From NCBI GenBank assembly GCA_011390135.1, contig JAABSZ010000006.1, positions 1 through 56,705 on the forward strand: DNA of 56,705 nt. Reading direction: 5' to 3'. Below the pieces are notes generated by a model. The model was given only the letters and a program-made list of their open reading frames with translations. It was not told the origin of the DNA and did not search any database. The stretch comes from Desulfobacteraceae bacterium (GTDB lineage Bacteria; Desulfobacterota; Desulfobacteria; Desulfobacterales; JAABSP01). Below are positions 37,810 to 49,248 of this stretch, one piece after another. Position 1 is the first letter of the stretch; the number at the start of each line of letters is the position of its first letter. Both the position numbers and the translations under genes were made by a program.

Positions 37810-39594
37810 TCATCCCTCGATCCCATACCGTTTCATCTTCCGCCACAAAGTGGTCCGATCCATCCCCAGGGCCTTCGCGGTCTGCTCCCGCCGGCCGTCA
37901 TGCTCGCGCAGGGCAGCGATAATCCGCTCCTTTTCTTCGGCTTCTTCGTCTTCCGACTTGCCTCCGGCCCGGTGATGGCCATGATTCCGGGCCGCCATCC
38001 GGTTCATGACCGTCGACGGCAGGTGGCGGGGCTCGATACTATCCTCCTGACAGATGATCAGTGCATGCTCCAGCACATTCTCCAGCTCCCGGACATTGCC
38101 CGGATAGTCGTAGTTGAGCAGCACACCCATGGCCGCTTCCGAGATAGCCGGAGCCCGTTTTTCGCTGGCCGCGCAGAGACGGCGCATGATGTGGCGGATG
38201 AGCAGGGGCAGGTCTCCGGTGCGGTGCTTCAGCAGGGGCAGCTCGAAGTGGAGGACGTTGAGGCGGTAGAAGAGGTCTTCTCTGAACTGGCGACTGGCCA
38301 CGAGCTGATCCAGGCCCCGGTTCGTGGCCGCGATGATCCGCACATCGACCTTTGTGATTCTGCGGCTTCCCAAGGGGTAGAACTCCCGGGCCTCCAGCAC
38401 CCGCAAAAGCTTGGCCTGCAGCGACAGGGGCAGATCCCCGATCTCGTCCAGAAAGATCGTGCCGCGGTCGGCCTCCTGAAAACGACCCGGCTTGTCCCGG
38501 TCTGCGCCCGTGAATGCGCCCTTTACATAGCCGAACAGCTCCGATTCCAGAAGTGTGGCAGGCAGGGCCGCACAGTTGACCTTGATCAAAGACTTCTTGG
38601 ACCGCCGGCCGCAGGAATGGATCGCCTTTGCGACCATGTCCTTGCCCGTGCCCGTGGCCCCTTCGATGAGTACGGTCGCGTCGCTGTCGGCCACTGCCCG
38701 CACCTTTTCGAAGACGGCCTGCATGGCAGGGTCTCTGCCCACGATGTGGTGAAAGGAGAAGCGCTGCTGCATCACCGCGTCCAGGTGGTGTGCGAAGGTC
38801 AGATCTTTGATGGCCGCGATTCCCCCGACGATCTCGTTGGCTTCGTTGCGCAGGGCCATGTAGTCGGCCCGCACCGGTATCACCTCGCCGTCCCGGGTGG
38901 TCATCCGGCCCTTGTGGCTGGTGCGGGAGCGGCCGTCATTCATGGAATCGACCAGCAGATTCAGGTCGTGGATGGCGCCGCCGCCCAGGATCTCCTTGAA
39001 GGGCTTGCCGATCACCTCCCGCCGGTTGTAGCCGGAGATCATCTCCGCGGCCCGGTTGAAGAAGGTGATGTGGCCGCCCCGGTTTGCGGTGAAGACGCCG
39101 ATGTCGAGGTTGTCCAGGATGATCTTGAGGCTCCGCTCCTCGTACCGCACCCGGTTTATGAGGCCGGCGATCGGGGAGTGATCCTGCAGCAGGGTGAGAC
39201 ATCCGATCAGCACCTGGTCCGGGCCGTAGAGGGGCGCAGAAACCCTTGTGACCAGGTGGCGGGAGCGGTTCTGATCCAAAATTTCCACATCCTCATCCAC
39301 CGATTCCAGGCCGTTCTTTCCGCCAAAGGGGCACTGGGCATAGCAGGGAATGCCCTTGAAGACCTCGTGGCAGTCCAGGCCGATCACCGAGGATTCGCTC
39401 ACGCCGATGATGGTCTGCGCGCTCCGGTTGAAGGAGGTGATCCTCCGGGACCGGTCAATGGTGAACGCGCCGATGTCCATCCGATCGAGCAGATCGATCC
39501 ATTCCTGACGCCGGAGGCTCGATTCAGCTTCCGGATGCGCTTCCTTCCCTTTTTTTCGAGGGGTCTTGGACGGACCCTTTGCCGCGTGCCGCAT
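37810..39594 (-). CDS. PAS-PAS sigma-54-dependent transcriptional activator (Fis-type HTH)
   Basis: GATGTGKD, ESELFG, GAFTGA, FLDEIG, PGNVREL, C-terminal HTH; no REC domain. Confidence 0.95.
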   Translation of the reverse strand: MRHAAKGPSKTPRKKGKEAHPEAESSLRRQEWIDLLDRMDIGAFTIDRSRRITSFNRSAQTIIGVSESSVIGLDCHEVFKGIPCYAQCPFGGKNGLESVDEDVEILDQNRSRHLVTRVSAPLYGPDQVLIGCLTLLQDHSPIAGLINRVRYEERSLKIILDNLDIGVFTANRGGHITFFNRAAEMISGYNRREVIGKPFKEILGGGAIHDLNLLVDSMNDGRSRTSHKGRMTTRDGEVIPVRADYMALRNEANEIVGGIAAIKDLTFAHHLDAVMQQRFSFHHIVGRDPAMQAVFEKVRAVADSDATVLIEGATGTGKDMVAKAIHSCGRRSKKSLIKVNCAALPATLLESELFGYVKGAFTGADRDKPGRFQEADRGTIFLDEIGDLPLSLQAKLLRVLEAREFYPLGSRRITKVDVRIIAATNRGLDQLVASRQFREDLFYRLNVLHFELPLLKHRTGDLPLLIRHIMRRLCAASEKRAPAISEAAMGVLLNYDYPGNVRELENVLEHALIICQEDSIEPRHLPSTVMNRMAARNHGHHRAGGKSEDEEAEEKERIIAALREHDGRREQTAKALGMDRTTLWRKMKRYGIEG

Positions 39595-41188
39595 CTCCCC
39601 TCCCTTCTGCCGCCCCATTCGGATTTTCCGCGGGCAGCGTGATTATGAATTCGGTTCCTCGGCCAGTTCTGTCCGTTCTGTCCGTTCTGTTCCGGGCCCG
39701 GATCGTTCCCCGGTGGCGTTCGACAATGCCGTAGGCCGTGGAGAGGCCCAATCCTACGCCGTATCCCTCCTTTTTGGTGGTGAAGAAGGGCTCGAAGATC
39801 CGCTCCATCTGATCCTCGGGAATGCCCCTGCCCGTGTCGGAGACGGTCATATGAATCTGTTTCCCTTCGGGATCATGACGGGCGCGGATGATCAGCCGCC
39901 CCCCCTCAGGCATCGCGTCGATCCCGTTGAAGATCAGGTTGATAACGCACTGCTGCAGGCTGTTGGCATCTCCGGGGATCGGGGGCAGGTTTTCTGGAAT
40001 GTCGGTTTCCAGTTTGATGTTCTGCAGCTCCAGTTTGTGGCGGCTCAGGAGGATGGACCGCTTCAGCACCTCGTCGATTCGGACCGTGCCGAAGACCGGG
40101 GGCGATTTCCGGGAGAAGGTGAGGAGGCCCGAGATGATCTCCGAGCAGCGGGCCGTCTCCTTTTCCACGATATCCAGATATCCCGAGAACTTCTCCTGCC
40201 GGGCCTCCGAGAGAGTTCCCCGGCCCATGATCCGGCTCATGAGGCGCAGATAGTTCAAAATGCCCGACAGCGGATTGTTGATCTCATGCACAACGCTGGC
40301 CGCCAGCCGGCCCAATGACATCATCTTGTCCTGATGCAGGATCCGGGCCTGGTCGGCCATCTCCTGCTCCAGACGCCGGATCTCCCGCAGATCCCGCAGG
40401 ATCAGAACCATGCCCGCGGTTCCGTTCTCTTCGGGAAGAAGGGTCGCGGAGAGCTGCACCGGAACGGCTGTCTCGTTTTTTCCCCGCAGTTGGGTTTCAT
40501 GCAGAAAGAGCCGATCCTTTCCGCCCGCGCCCGTCTCCCCGAGGGCTTCCTTGAGCCGGGCCATCTCATCGGCCTTGAAAAATCGCGAAAGTTTCCATCC
40601 CGACAGCACTTGGGACGGATCGTATCCGGTGATGGCTCCCATGCTCCGGTTGAAGACCGCGATCCGCTCGGCCCCGTCGCAGGCCATGATACCGTCCAGA
40701 GAGCTTTCGATCAGGTTGTTCCGGAAGGTGACGGAGCGGATCAGCTCCGCGAGTGTCCGGGCATGGGAGCGCTCCAGCAGCGCAGTGTACTCCTTGAGCT
40801 GCTTTCGGCCATTGTACCGGTCCCGGGCCCGCTGCAGGGCCAGGTGAAGGGCTTCGTTTGCGATGGGCTTGGTGATGAAATCCGATGCATCGAGCCGCAG
40901 GGCCGCAATGGCCGTATCCATCTCACCAAAGGCCGTCACCACGATCACCTCCACTTCGGGCCGCCGCTCCTTCAGCGCCGCCAGCACCGCGAGTCCGTCC
41001 ACCTTGGGCATCCGGATGTCGGTGATGACGATCCGGGGGGAGACACGCTCACACAGGGCCAGGCCCTCCGCGCCGTCTGGGGCCGTATGAACCCGGTATC
41101 CGGCATCCTCCAGGGTGATCGCGGTGATCTCCCGGATGTCGGCCTCGTCATCCATCAATACGATGGTCCACTCTCCCGCGTCTTCCAT
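39524..41188 (-). CDS. Hybrid REC-PAS histidine kinase
   Basis: MDDE..ITDIRMP..TKP; PAS; VVHEINNPL; FFTTK, GLGLS. Confidence 0.94.
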   Translation of the reverse strand: MEDAGEWTIVLMDDEADIREITAITLEDAGYRVHTAPDGAEGLALCERVSPRIVITDIRMPKVDGLAVLAALKERRPEVEVIVVTAFGEMDTAIAALRLDASDFITKPIANEALHLALQRARDRYNGRKQLKEYTALLERSHARTLAELIRSVTFRNNLIESSLDGIMACDGAERIAVFNRSMGAITGYDPSQVLSGWKLSRFFKADEMARLKEALGETGAGGKDRLFLHETQLRGKNETAVPVQLSATLLPEENGTAGMVLILRDLREIRRLEQEMADQARILHQDKMMSLGRLAASVVHEINNPLSGILNYLRLMSRIMGRGTLSEARQEKFSGYLDIVEKETARCSEIISGLLTFSRKSPPVFGTVRIDEVLKRSILLSRHKLELQNIKLETDIPENLPPIPGDANSLQQCVINLIFNGIDAMPEGGRLIIRARHDPEGKQIHMTVSDTGRGIPEDQMERIFEPFFTTKKEGYGVGLGLSTAYGIVERHRGTIRARNRTDRTDRTGRGTEFIITLPAENPNGAAEGRGDAARGKGSVQDPSKKREGSASGS

Positions 41189-41271
41189 TTGGCCTGCCCG
41201 ATGAATAAAGAGATTAAGGTGAATTGTGGGATTTTGATTCCAGAAAATCGCCTAAAAGAAATTAAATGGAT

Positions 41272-42819
41272 TCAGGATTCCGATGATGATGCCCCTGCGC
41301 CGAAGCGGGGCATCTCCACCCGCATCCGGGTCCCTTGCCCCGGCCTCGATTCAGTTGAAATGGTTCCCCCGTGCTGCTCCACGATCTTACGCGCGATGAA
41401 AAGCCCCAGCCCGGTCCCCTTCTCGCCTTTGCCCGAGAAGAAGAGATCGAAGATCCCCCGCCGGGTGGCCTCGTCCATGCCGATGCCGTTATCGACAATC
41501 TCGAACCGGATCAACTCCCCCTTTGACTCTACAATGAAATCGATCCGATGGGAAGTCTTGGCATGATCTTCCGCGCAGGCATCCAGCGCATTCTCCAGAA
41601 TGTTGATGAGCGCAGACCGGAGAAAGCCGGTATCGGCCTCGAAATCGCCCCCGGCTTCTTCTGTCTTCAGCACGAATTCTATGCCGCCGCTTTTTGCCTT
41701 TTCCAGAATGCCCGATGCCAGATCTTCCGCGAACCCGGCCCCGTCGATCCGCTCCAGCTTCAGATCCCGGTCCTTGGCATAGAAGAGGATGTCCAGCACC
41801 ATCTTCCGAATCCGGCCTACCATCTGCTTGACCGTATCCAGCCCCTCCCGGATCTGATGCTCATTCTCCTTTGCAAGGCCGCTGTCCAGCAGATAGACCC
41901 CGCCGTCCAGCCCCGTGAGCATCCCCTTGATGCCGTGGGAGACCGAGCCGACCATCAGCCCCAGGCTTGTCAGGTGATTCTGGAGGTCCAGCACATACCG
42001 GATGTCCGTGGACATGGAAAGCACCTGCTGGATCCGGCCCCGGCTGTCCCGGATGGGAGAGGTCATCACCAGCAGGTTGCACCGGGAGCGATCCGGCAGC
42101 AGCCATTCCATCTCGGTCTGGCAGGATCGGCCCGTATCAAAGGTCTCCATCACCGGGCATTCGGGGCAGATGTCGGCCCTCCCACGGCAGATCCGGTAAC
42201 AGGGTCTTGCCGCCGGCTCCCCGAAATCGGCCTTGAAGCGGCTGTTGACTGCGGTGTAGGCCAGATCCTCCCCCTGAACCGTAACATAGCAGGGGAGATG
42301 GTCAAAGGCCGTGCTGAAGCGGTCTGAAAACGCGGCCGGACTTGTCTGGAGGCCCCTCTCTTCGATCTGCTCCCGGGCCGCGGCCAACTGCTTCGATTTC
42401 TCATAGGCCAGCGATTCCAGATGGTGGGTGTAATCCTGCAGCTTCTCCCGGATCAGGATCTTCTCATAGGCCCGGCGCAGGGAGACCTGGAGCGCATCGA
42501 TATCGATGGGCTTGGTGATGAAATCGACAGCCTCGTCCTTGAAGCTCTGTACCGCCAGATCCATGTCGCCGTGGCCAGTGATCATGATCACCTCGACCTC
42601 CGGGTCCTCGGCCTTGATCCGCCGGAGCAGCTCGATGCCGTCCATTCCGGGCATTTTGATGTCCGTGAGCACCACCGGAGGCCGCAGCGCCTTGAAGGCC
42701 CGCAGTCCCTCCTCCCCGTTTTCGGCCGTATGCACCGTATATCCGATCCCCTCCAGGGATATGCACAGCACCTCACGGATATCCTCTTCATCATCCACCA
42801 GCAGGAGCATCTTATCCAT
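41272..42819 (-). CDS. Hybrid REC-PAS histidine kinase
   Basis: VDDE..LTDIKMP..TKP; Cys-containing PAS; H-box VSHGIKG; DNGIG, GTGLGL. Confidence 0.92.
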   Translation of the reverse strand: MDKMLLLVDDEEDIREVLCISLEGIGYTVHTAENGEEGLRAFKALRPPVVLTDIKMPGMDGIELLRRIKAEDPEVEVIMITGHGDMDLAVQSFKDEAVDFITKPIDIDALQVSLRRAYEKILIREKLQDYTHHLESLAYEKSKQLAAAREQIEERGLQTSPAAFSDRFSTAFDHLPCYVTVQGEDLAYTAVNSRFKADFGEPAARPCYRICRGRADICPECPVMETFDTGRSCQTEMEWLLPDRSRCNLLVMTSPIRDSRGRIQQVLSMSTDIRYVLDLQNHLTSLGLMVGSVSHGIKGMLTGLDGGVYLLDSGLAKENEHQIREGLDTVKQMVGRIRKMVLDILFYAKDRDLKLERIDGAGFAEDLASGILEKAKSGGIEFVLKTEEAGGDFEADTGFLRSALINILENALDACAEDHAKTSHRIDFIVESKGELIRFEIVDNGIGMDEATRRGIFDLFFSGKGEKGTGLGLFIARKIVEQHGGTISTESRPGQGTRMRVEMPRFGAGASSSES

Positions 42820-42855
42820 ATCCACACCTTAAAAATTGCAGATCCGCAGATTTTT

Positions 42856-45237
42856 TTACAGATCCGACATGAGTTTTTCCCGCAGCAGGTCCCCGTTTCG
42901 CCGGTGTTCCGCTGGGGGCGGCTCCGATACTGGAAAGCGGAGAATGAAGCATGCCCCCCGGCCCGGCTCGGACCGGGCCTCGATTCGGCCCCCGCAGTCC
43001 CGGATGATGCCGTAGGAGATGGAAAGGCCAAGCCCTGTTCCCTTACCCACCTCCTTGGTGGTGAAAAAGGGCTCGAAGACCTTCTCCAGGATCTCTGGGG
43101 GAATCCCGCCCCCGGTGTCGCAGATCTCCATTCTCACCTGATCCTTCTCCCGCTTCACCCGCAGATCGATCCGTTTTTCCCATGGGGACCCTTCGGCTCC
43201 GGCATACTGCCCCTCCCGCTCCTCGATGGCATCCCTTGCATTGATGAGCAGGTTGATGAAGACCTGCTCCAGCCGGTCCGTATCGGCCATGATCCGGGGA
43301 AGATCGGCCTCCATATCCCAGTAAATCTCGATGCCCCGCACCTTGAGCTGCTGGCTGAAGAACTCGCACGCCTTCAGAAGGATCTTGTCGGGCTGCACCC
43401 GGGCCAGATGCATCTCTGATTTGCGCGCGAACTGGCGCATGTGGTTGATGATCTTCGAGGCCCTGTCCACATTGCTGTCCACCTTCCGGAGCATTTTGTT
43501 CAGCAGTTCCTCAGCCACAGGCTCTTTCCGGTCCATCTTCAGCAGACAGAAGGAGCTTGCGGTCTTGATCACCGACAGGGGCTGGTTCAACTCGTGGGCC
43601 ACGCCTGTCGCCATCTCGCCCAGGGTGGCCAGTTTGCCGGCCTGGATCAACTGGCTCTCCGACTCCAGCCGCTGGGTGATGTCGCTGGCGGTGACCAGGA
43701 TCACGGGACGGCCCGATGACTCGGACGGGGAGAGGCGGAGATTGACGAAGATGGTCCGGTTCTCCCGGGTCAGATGGCGCGCCTTGTTGATCACGTACTC
43801 GCTCCGGATCTGCCCGATCTTCTCCTTCCGGTCCTTCTCGTGGAAGAGGGAGGGAAATGGCTGCTCGATCATCTCCGAAGGCTCATAGCCATAGACATCT
43901 CTCACCCGCTCGTTGCAGTCGGTGATGACAAGGCTTTCGGAATCGAGGACAAAGACCGGGTTGGGGATGTTGTTGAAGATCGCCTGGTACTTCATCTCGG
44001 AGCGGATCAGCTTCTCCTCGAGCTGCTTGATGGGGGTGATATCGAGACTCATCTCGATCGCGGCCTCGATCTCGCCCCGCGCGTTCTTCACGGGCGCGGT
44101 CTTGAAGATCCAGTGGGTGACGCTGCCGTCCCGATTCCGTCCCACCTCTTCGCCCGAGTGGGACTGGCCGTCCTCAAAGGTGATCTCCACGGGACAGTCC
44201 TCGCACCGCTCATCCCGGCCTTTGTAGGCATGATAGCAGCAGTCTCCGGGCTCGGGCCGGAACTTTTCCGCGAACTCCCGGTTGTACCGGAGGATCTTGA
44301 AGCTTCGGTCCTGCACCGTGATGAAGCAGGGAACCAGCTCGAAGAGATTCTGGTACTCGTCCTTCTGCTTGTTCAGCTCCGCCTGCTTCTCCTCGATCCG
44401 CTCCCCCATCCGTTTGATGGCCAGGGCCAACTGACCGATCTCATCCTTTCGATGGGTGGGCCGATGGGCCGGCCGATGGGTGTGCTGATGAGCCGGCGCG
44501 GGCGGATCGTATTCGCCTCTGGCGATCCTCCGGGTGCTTTCGATGAGGCTCTTGATGGGATGGCTGACCGATCGAACCATGAAGATCGACATGATCGCGG
44601 AAGTGAGCAGAAAGACCACCACGCCGAAAAAGAGAATGCCGTTTTCAAAGCGTCGGATATCCCGGTCCGTCTCCCCCAGAGATACCACCAGATCAAGAGC
44701 CCCCAATATCTTCTTGTTCTGCGGATGGACATGGCACTCATCTGTCGCGCATCCCGGCTCGTTGCAGATGGGGCTGATGATCCCCAGAAAGCGCCGTCCC
44801 CCGTCCGATTGAAAGATCCGGGCCCGCTCTTCCAGTTCCAGCTCCGACACGGGCGGGTCCCGGTCGTGGCAGATATAGCAGGCCTCGGCCTTGATGTTGG
44901 TGACGGCCTCCACCTCGTCAGGATGGTTGGAGTACTTGATCTGGCCGTCCTTGTTGTAGATCCGGATGTTTTCGATCTCCTTCTGCCGGCCGATGTTGTT
45001 GATGATCTGGTTGATCTCGTCGCGGGAGTTGAGCATCATGGCATAGTGGGTTCCCAGCTTGATGGTGTTGCCGAGCCGGTCGGCCCCCACCATGATCTCG
45101 TCCATCCGCTTGTGGCGCTGATACCGGATGTTATAGAAGGCCCATGTGGTGATGCTGACCAGAAAGATCAGCTCCACGGTGAGGATCAGTTTGACCACAA
45201 GGCTGTTTCGGAGCGATTGAATGCGTTCGAGGATCAT
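42856..45237 (-). CDS. Membrane sensor histidine kinase (periplasmic CxxCH, HAMP, PAS, PAS)
   Basis: ATG at 45237; two TM segments; CYICH and CATDECHVH in the sensor loop; VAHELNQPL; FFTTK. Confidence 0.93.
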   Translation of the reverse strand: MILERIQSLRNSLVVKLILTVELIFLVSITTWAFYNIRYQRHKRMDEIMVGADRLGNTIKLGTHYAMMLNSRDEINQIINNIGRQKEIENIRIYNKDGQIKYSNHPDEVEAVTNIKAEACYICHDRDPPVSELELEERARIFQSDGGRRFLGIISPICNEPGCATDECHVHPQNKKILGALDLVVSLGETDRDIRRFENGILFFGVVVFLLTSAIMSIFMVRSVSHPIKSLIESTRRIARGEYDPPAPAHQHTHRPAHRPTHRKDEIGQLALAIKRMGERIEEKQAELNKQKDEYQNLFELVPCFITVQDRSFKILRYNREFAEKFRPEPGDCCYHAYKGRDERCEDCPVEITFEDGQSHSGEEVGRNRDGSVTHWIFKTAPVKNARGEIEAAIEMSLDITPIKQLEEKLIRSEMKYQAIFNNIPNPVFVLDSESLVITDCNERVRDVYGYEPSEMIEQPFPSLFHEKDRKEKIGQIRSEYVINKARHLTRENRTIFVNLRLSPSESSGRPVILVTASDITQRLESESQLIQAGKLATLGEMATGVAHELNQPLSVIKTASSFCLLKMDRKEPVAEELLNKMLRKVDSNVDRASKIINHMRQFARKSEMHLARVQPDKILLKACEFFSQQLKVRGIEIYWDMEADLPRIMADTDRLEQVFINLLINARDAIEEREGQYAGAEGSPWEKRIDLRVKREKDQVRMEICDTGGGIPPEILEKVFEPFFTTKEVGKGTGLGLSISYGIIRDCGGRIEARSEPGRGACFILRFPVSEPPPAEHRRNGDLLREKLMSDL

Positions 45238-45286
45238 TTCTACACTTCCCTTTCGATGCAGAGTGCGTGTACAATAAAATTGGAAA

Positions 45287-45301
45287 GCATAAATAATGCC
45301 A
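45287..45301 (-). promoter_or_regulatory. Sigma-54 promoter of the kinase/activator operon
   Basis: Minus strand TGGCATTATTTATGC, 50 bp upstream of the ATG at 45237. Confidence 0.75.
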
Positions 45302-45452
45302 TCGCATGAAATTTGAAATTCAAAGGATTTCAGGTGATTGGAGCGGAAGGGTGAAATCGGGATGTTGCACTCCATTGACAAGAGGGGAAAAGGGAACCAT
45401 TCAAAAAATCGAGACTTTCGGCAAATCAGAAGATCATCAGGATGTTGACCGG

Positions 45453-45498
45453 ATGTTGCGCGACCGGTTATGCAACATAGGCTGCAACATTTACAACA
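45453..45498. promoter_or_regulatory. Candidate upstream activator site (tgcaacat x2 plus inverted atgttgc)
   Basis: tgcaac at 45471 and 45483 (12-bp period), 171-183 bp from the -24 element. Confidence 0.5.
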
Positions 45499-45686
45499 AA
45501 AGAATCGGACCGTACAATGCCTTTTGGTCCCTTGACACCTGTCCCATATGAGGCTACGAGTATTCTGGAATGGTTCGACCAATCTTCAGTTGAACCCGTT
45601 TCAGCCTGGAAAATGGCAAATCTCCAATTCCAGAACTTCCGGAGAAAACCTTTAAAAACCCCATCTTGTCAATCATCAGGTGTAAT

Positions 45687-48539
45687 ATGTTACAAAAAAA
45701 TGAGGCCAAAGAGATGATGCCATTGCTGATTCTCATCTGTGCCGGCCTGCTGGGCAACATCTTCGGCCTCGATCTTCTTCTGGGAATCGATATCCTGTTC
45801 GGCAGTGTTTTTACGCTGATCCTTCTTAGATTCTACCGATTGCGTACAGCCGTCACAGCTTCCTTTATTGCAGGAAGTTATACGATCGTGCTGTGGGCCC
45901 AGCCCTATGCGATGATCATCCTTGGGGCCGAGGCGCTCTTTGTGGGGTTGATGCTTCAAAAGTTCAGCGACAGCGAAATTGTTTTCCTGGATATGGTCTA
46001 CTGGCTGGTGATGGGAATGCCCCTGGTCTGGATCTTCTATCGGTTCGGCGTCGGGATGAATCAGCAGGCCACCCTTGTGGTGATGCTCAAACAGGCAACC
46101 AACGGCATCTTCAATGCCACATTGGCCTCCATCATCCTTCAGTATACCCCCATCGCGGCATTCATCAGAAGTCGGCGGTTTTCCTCCGGGGGGGGTGTGG
46201 GCAAACAGGCACTCCGGTCAACGATCTTTCAGCCGGTCATCTGCGGGATCATATTGACTATGTTTGTCTTTCTCTACATCAACGGCAGAGACCAGTTCCT
46301 CCATATCGAAAATGGGATACAGGAAAAACTGGAAAAGAATTCAATGTATCTTATCGACACCTATGAAATCTGGATCGACAGCCACAAGGCGGTGGTACAG
46401 ATGGTGGCGGCCGAGGCGGCCCGATTGGGGGGGAGATCGACTCCGGAGCTGGATGAGATTTTAACCATCCTGAGAAGATATGGTGATGATTTTCTGGTTC
46501 TGACCGTTGGTGATGCAACCGGAAAGCTCATGGCCGCTTCCCCCGAGATCGGTCGGAACGATCAGTCGTCCATCGGATTGAGTGTTGCGGATCGAAACTA
46601 TTTTCAGGAGGTCAAATTCCGGAAAAAAACCGTTGTATCCGAAGTCCTGATGGGCAGAATCAGCCATCAGCCCATTGTCCTGATCGCTGCCCCCATCATG
46701 GTCAACAGCAGATTTACCGGGTTCGTGCTCGGCTCAATCTCTTTAAAGCGGATCCAGGAAGTTATCATCGGCAGCGCGGATCAGACCTTCGAGATGTTCA
46801 CACTCATCGATCATCACGGCAATGTCGTAGCCTCATCCAATCCGGAACTGCAGTTCAATGAAATATTTCCCGATCCATCCCCTTATCCGGTTCGCCGGTT
46901 TACGGACAACTTCTATTTACGGATGCCGGAGCCCAACCTGAAAAATCCGATGCTGCGCTGGTCCGAATCCGTCTATGTCATGGAAACTCCGGTCGGAAAG
47001 GATTCCGGATGGATCTTGATCGGTGAATATTCGGCCGCTCCCTATCAGGCCCGGCTTTATGCCTACTATATTTCCGATCTGATCCTGGCCCTGAGCACCA
47101 TTCTGATCATGGTCTGCCTGACCGCAGTGGTGAGCCGTCGGATCGCCGCCTCCATTGTGCGGCTGAACACTCTCACAGCCGATATACCCAAAAATATGGG
47201 AAAACAGGTTCTGCCCAGCCACTATCCCCAGAGCGCGATTGCCGAGATCGATTCGCTTTCCAGAAGCTTTGAGAACATGGAGATCCTGCTCCGGGAGAAG
47301 TTCGATCAAGAGCGACGGATCAAGGCCGATATGCAGAGGGCCAAAGAGGAGGCGGAAAAAGCCAATAGAGTCAAAAGCGAGTTTCTGGCCAATATGAGCC
47401 ATGAGATCCGAACCCCCATCAACGTGATCATCGGAATGTCCCAGTTGCTGATGGACTCCCGGCTGACCCAGCAGCAGAAAGAGCAGGCTGAGGCTGTCTC
47501 CTCTTCATCCGAATCTCTGCTTGCGTTGATCAATGATATCCTGGATCTCTCCAGAATCGAAGCCGGAAAGATGCATCTGGAGATCATCGATTTCGATCTG
47601 AGAGATCTGATCTGCAATACCGTGAAGATGCTGGACATCAAAGCCCGGGAAAAGGGGCTCGATCTCTCCTGCCATATTGGCGAAGGCGTGCCGTTGCATC
47701 TGAAGGGCGATCCCCATCGGCTTCGGCAGATTCTCTTCAATCTCATCGGCAACGGCGTGAAGTTTACCAACTCGGGAGAGGTGAAGATAGAGGTCTCTGC
47801 CGAAGGAGATGACGATGAAAAGGCCATTCTCCGTTTTGAAGTATCAGATACCGGCATCGGCATTCCAAAAGATCGGATCGACCGGCTTTTCCGATATTTT
47901 TCTCAGGTCGATGCCTCGGTCAGCCGGGAATTCGGGGGAACGGGTCTCGGGCTGGCCATTTCCCAAAAGCTGGTCCAACAGATGGGCGGAGAGATCGGTC
48001 TCAGAAGCGAGGCGGAAAAAGGAGCCACCTTCTGGTTTACGGCCGGTTTTGAAAAGCTGTCCGCGGAACAGGTCGTCAAAAAGGGCTCGGATGCATCAAA
48101 ATTCTCAGCCATAAAGAAGGATTCGCCCCTGTCGGACGCCTTTCGATCATCTGTCAAGCTGCTGCTGGTGGAGGACAACCTCTTCAATCAAAAGCTGGCC
48201 GTCACTCTGCTCGATCGGATGGGCTTTTCCGCGGATATCGCAGCCAACGGTGAAGAGGCTCTTCAAAAGCTGGAAACCGAAACCTACCACCTCATCCTCA
48301 TGGATGTCCAGATGCCTGTGATGGACGGGTTTCAGGCCACCCGGACCATCCGAAGCAATTCAAACGGCCGGTTCGATCCGGATATCCCCATCATCGCCAT
48401 GACCGCCAATGCCATGTCCGGGGATCGGGAGGCGTGCATCGAAGCGGGAATGGATGATTATATCTCAAAACCCATCTATCCGGAGAAGCTGCTGGCGGTG
48501 ATTGAAAGGCAATTGTCGATGAAGTACGATGAAGGTTAG
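45687..48539 (+). CDS. Hybrid sensor kinase (multi-TM, Cache-like, HisKA, HATPase, REC)
   Basis: [29 protein letters not shown]; start uncertain (45666-45714). Confidence 0.93.
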   Translation: MLQKNEAKEMMPLLILICAGLLGNIFGLDLLLGIDILFGSVFTLILLRFYRLRTAVTASFIAGSYTIVLWAQPYAMIILGAEALFVGLMLQKFSDSEIVFLDMVYWLVMGMPLVWIFYRFGVGMNQQATLVVMLKQATNGIFNATLASIILQYTPIAAFIRSRRFSSGGGVGKQALRSTIFQPVICGIILTMFVFLYINGRDQFLHIENGIQEKLEKNSMYLIDTYEIWIDSHKAVVQMVAAEAARLGGRSTPELDEILTILRRYGDDFLVLTVGDATGKLMAASPEIGRNDQSSIGLSVADRNYFQEVKFRKKTVVSEVLMGRISHQPIVLIAAPIMVNSRFTGFVLGSISLKRIQEVIIGSADQTFEMFTLIDHHGNVVASSNPELQFNEIFPDPSPYPVRRFTDNFYLRMPEPNLKNPMLRWSESVYVMETPVGKDSGWILIGEYSAAPYQARLYAYYISDLILALSTILIMVCLTAVVSRRIAASIVRLNTLTADIPKNMGKQVLPSHYPQSAIAEIDSLSRSFENMEILLREKFDQERRIKADMQRAKEEAEKANRVKSEFLANMSHEIRTPINVIIGMSQLLMDSRLTQQQKEQAEAVSSSSESLLALINDILDLSRIEAGKMHLEIIDFDLRDLICNTVKMLDIKAREKGLDLSCHIGEGVPLHLKGDPHRLRQILFNLIGNGVKFTNSGEVKIEVSAEGDDDEKAILRFEVSDTGIGIPKDRIDRLFRYFSQVDASVSREFGGTGLGLAISQKLVQQMGGEIGLRSEAEKGATFWFTAGFEKLSAEQVVKKGSDASKFSAIKKDSPLSDAFRSSVKLLLVEDNLFNQKLAVTLLDRMGFSADIAANGEEALQKLETETYHLILMDVQMPVMDGFQATRTIRSNSNGRFDPDIPIIAMTANAMSGDREACIEAGMDDYISKPIYPEKLLAVIERQLSMKYDEG

Positions 48540-48609
48540 GAGAACATTCAACTTCTCATATAACAATTTCAGGAAGATAGTTCAATCATAAACTGTTGAG
48601 GGTTGCCAA

Positions 48610-49248
48610 TTGAAGTATAAGCATAAGAAGGATGAAAAATACAGACTCTCCTTCACCACCGGCGGCCTCTTTCATCCGGAATCGGTAACGCTTGCCATGC
48701 GGTTTAAAATAACCCAGGACTGGAAAGCGGTTCGCGATCAGACCCTTTTGGAAAACCTGCTGCAGGCCAGAACCCATAACAGCGCAAAGCGGATCTGCAG
48801 CGAGGTCATCTCCCGTCTCAAAACCCTTACAACCGATGAACTCGATCTGCTGATAAGCGGAACCCCCCGGGAGCAGGAATCTCTTCTCTGGATCGGGGTC
48901 TGCCGGCGCTACCGGTTGATCGCGGACTTTGCCGTCGAAGTGCTTCGGGAGCGGTATATAAGCCTGAGAGACGATCTGAGCCCGGCCGATTTCGATGCCT
49001 TTTTCAACCGAAAGGCCGAATGGCATCCGGAGCTGGAGAAGATCCGGCCCGGGACCCGGCAAAAGCTGCGGCAGGTTCTGTTCAAGATGATGCGGGAGGC
49101 CGGCCTCTTGGCCATTTTGGCCGGGGAATACCGGATCCGCGCACCGGCCCTGACGCCGAAGATTCTCTCTGCCCTTCCCCGGGAGCGGCCGGAGGATCTC
49201 GGCTTTTTTCCGGTCTTTGCAGAGGAGCTGAAAAGAGGAGGTTCATGA
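48610..49248 (+). CDS. brxA: BREX protein BrxA (DUF1819)
   Basis: YRLSFTTGGLF..ES, NLLQAR, KLRQVLFKMMREAG; first gene of the BREX operon. Confidence 0.88.
   Translation: MKYKHKKDEKYRLSFTTGGLFHPESVTLAMRFKITQDWKAVRDQTLLENLLQARTHNSAKRICSEVISRLKTLTTDELDLLISGTPREQESLLWIGVCRRYRLIADFAVEVLRERYISLRDDLSPADFDAFFNRKAEWHPELEKIRPGTRQKLRQVLFKMMREAGLLAILAGEYRIRAPALTPKILSALPRERPEDLGFFPVFAEELKRGGS

Noticed and set aside
45238-45582. N-terminal extension of the 908-aa kinase ORF (likewise extensions at 22265-22393, 27786-28208, 32437-32604 and 49020-49244)
   Set aside because: These extensions overlap promoters or upstream genes; downstream starts have better RBS or coupling.
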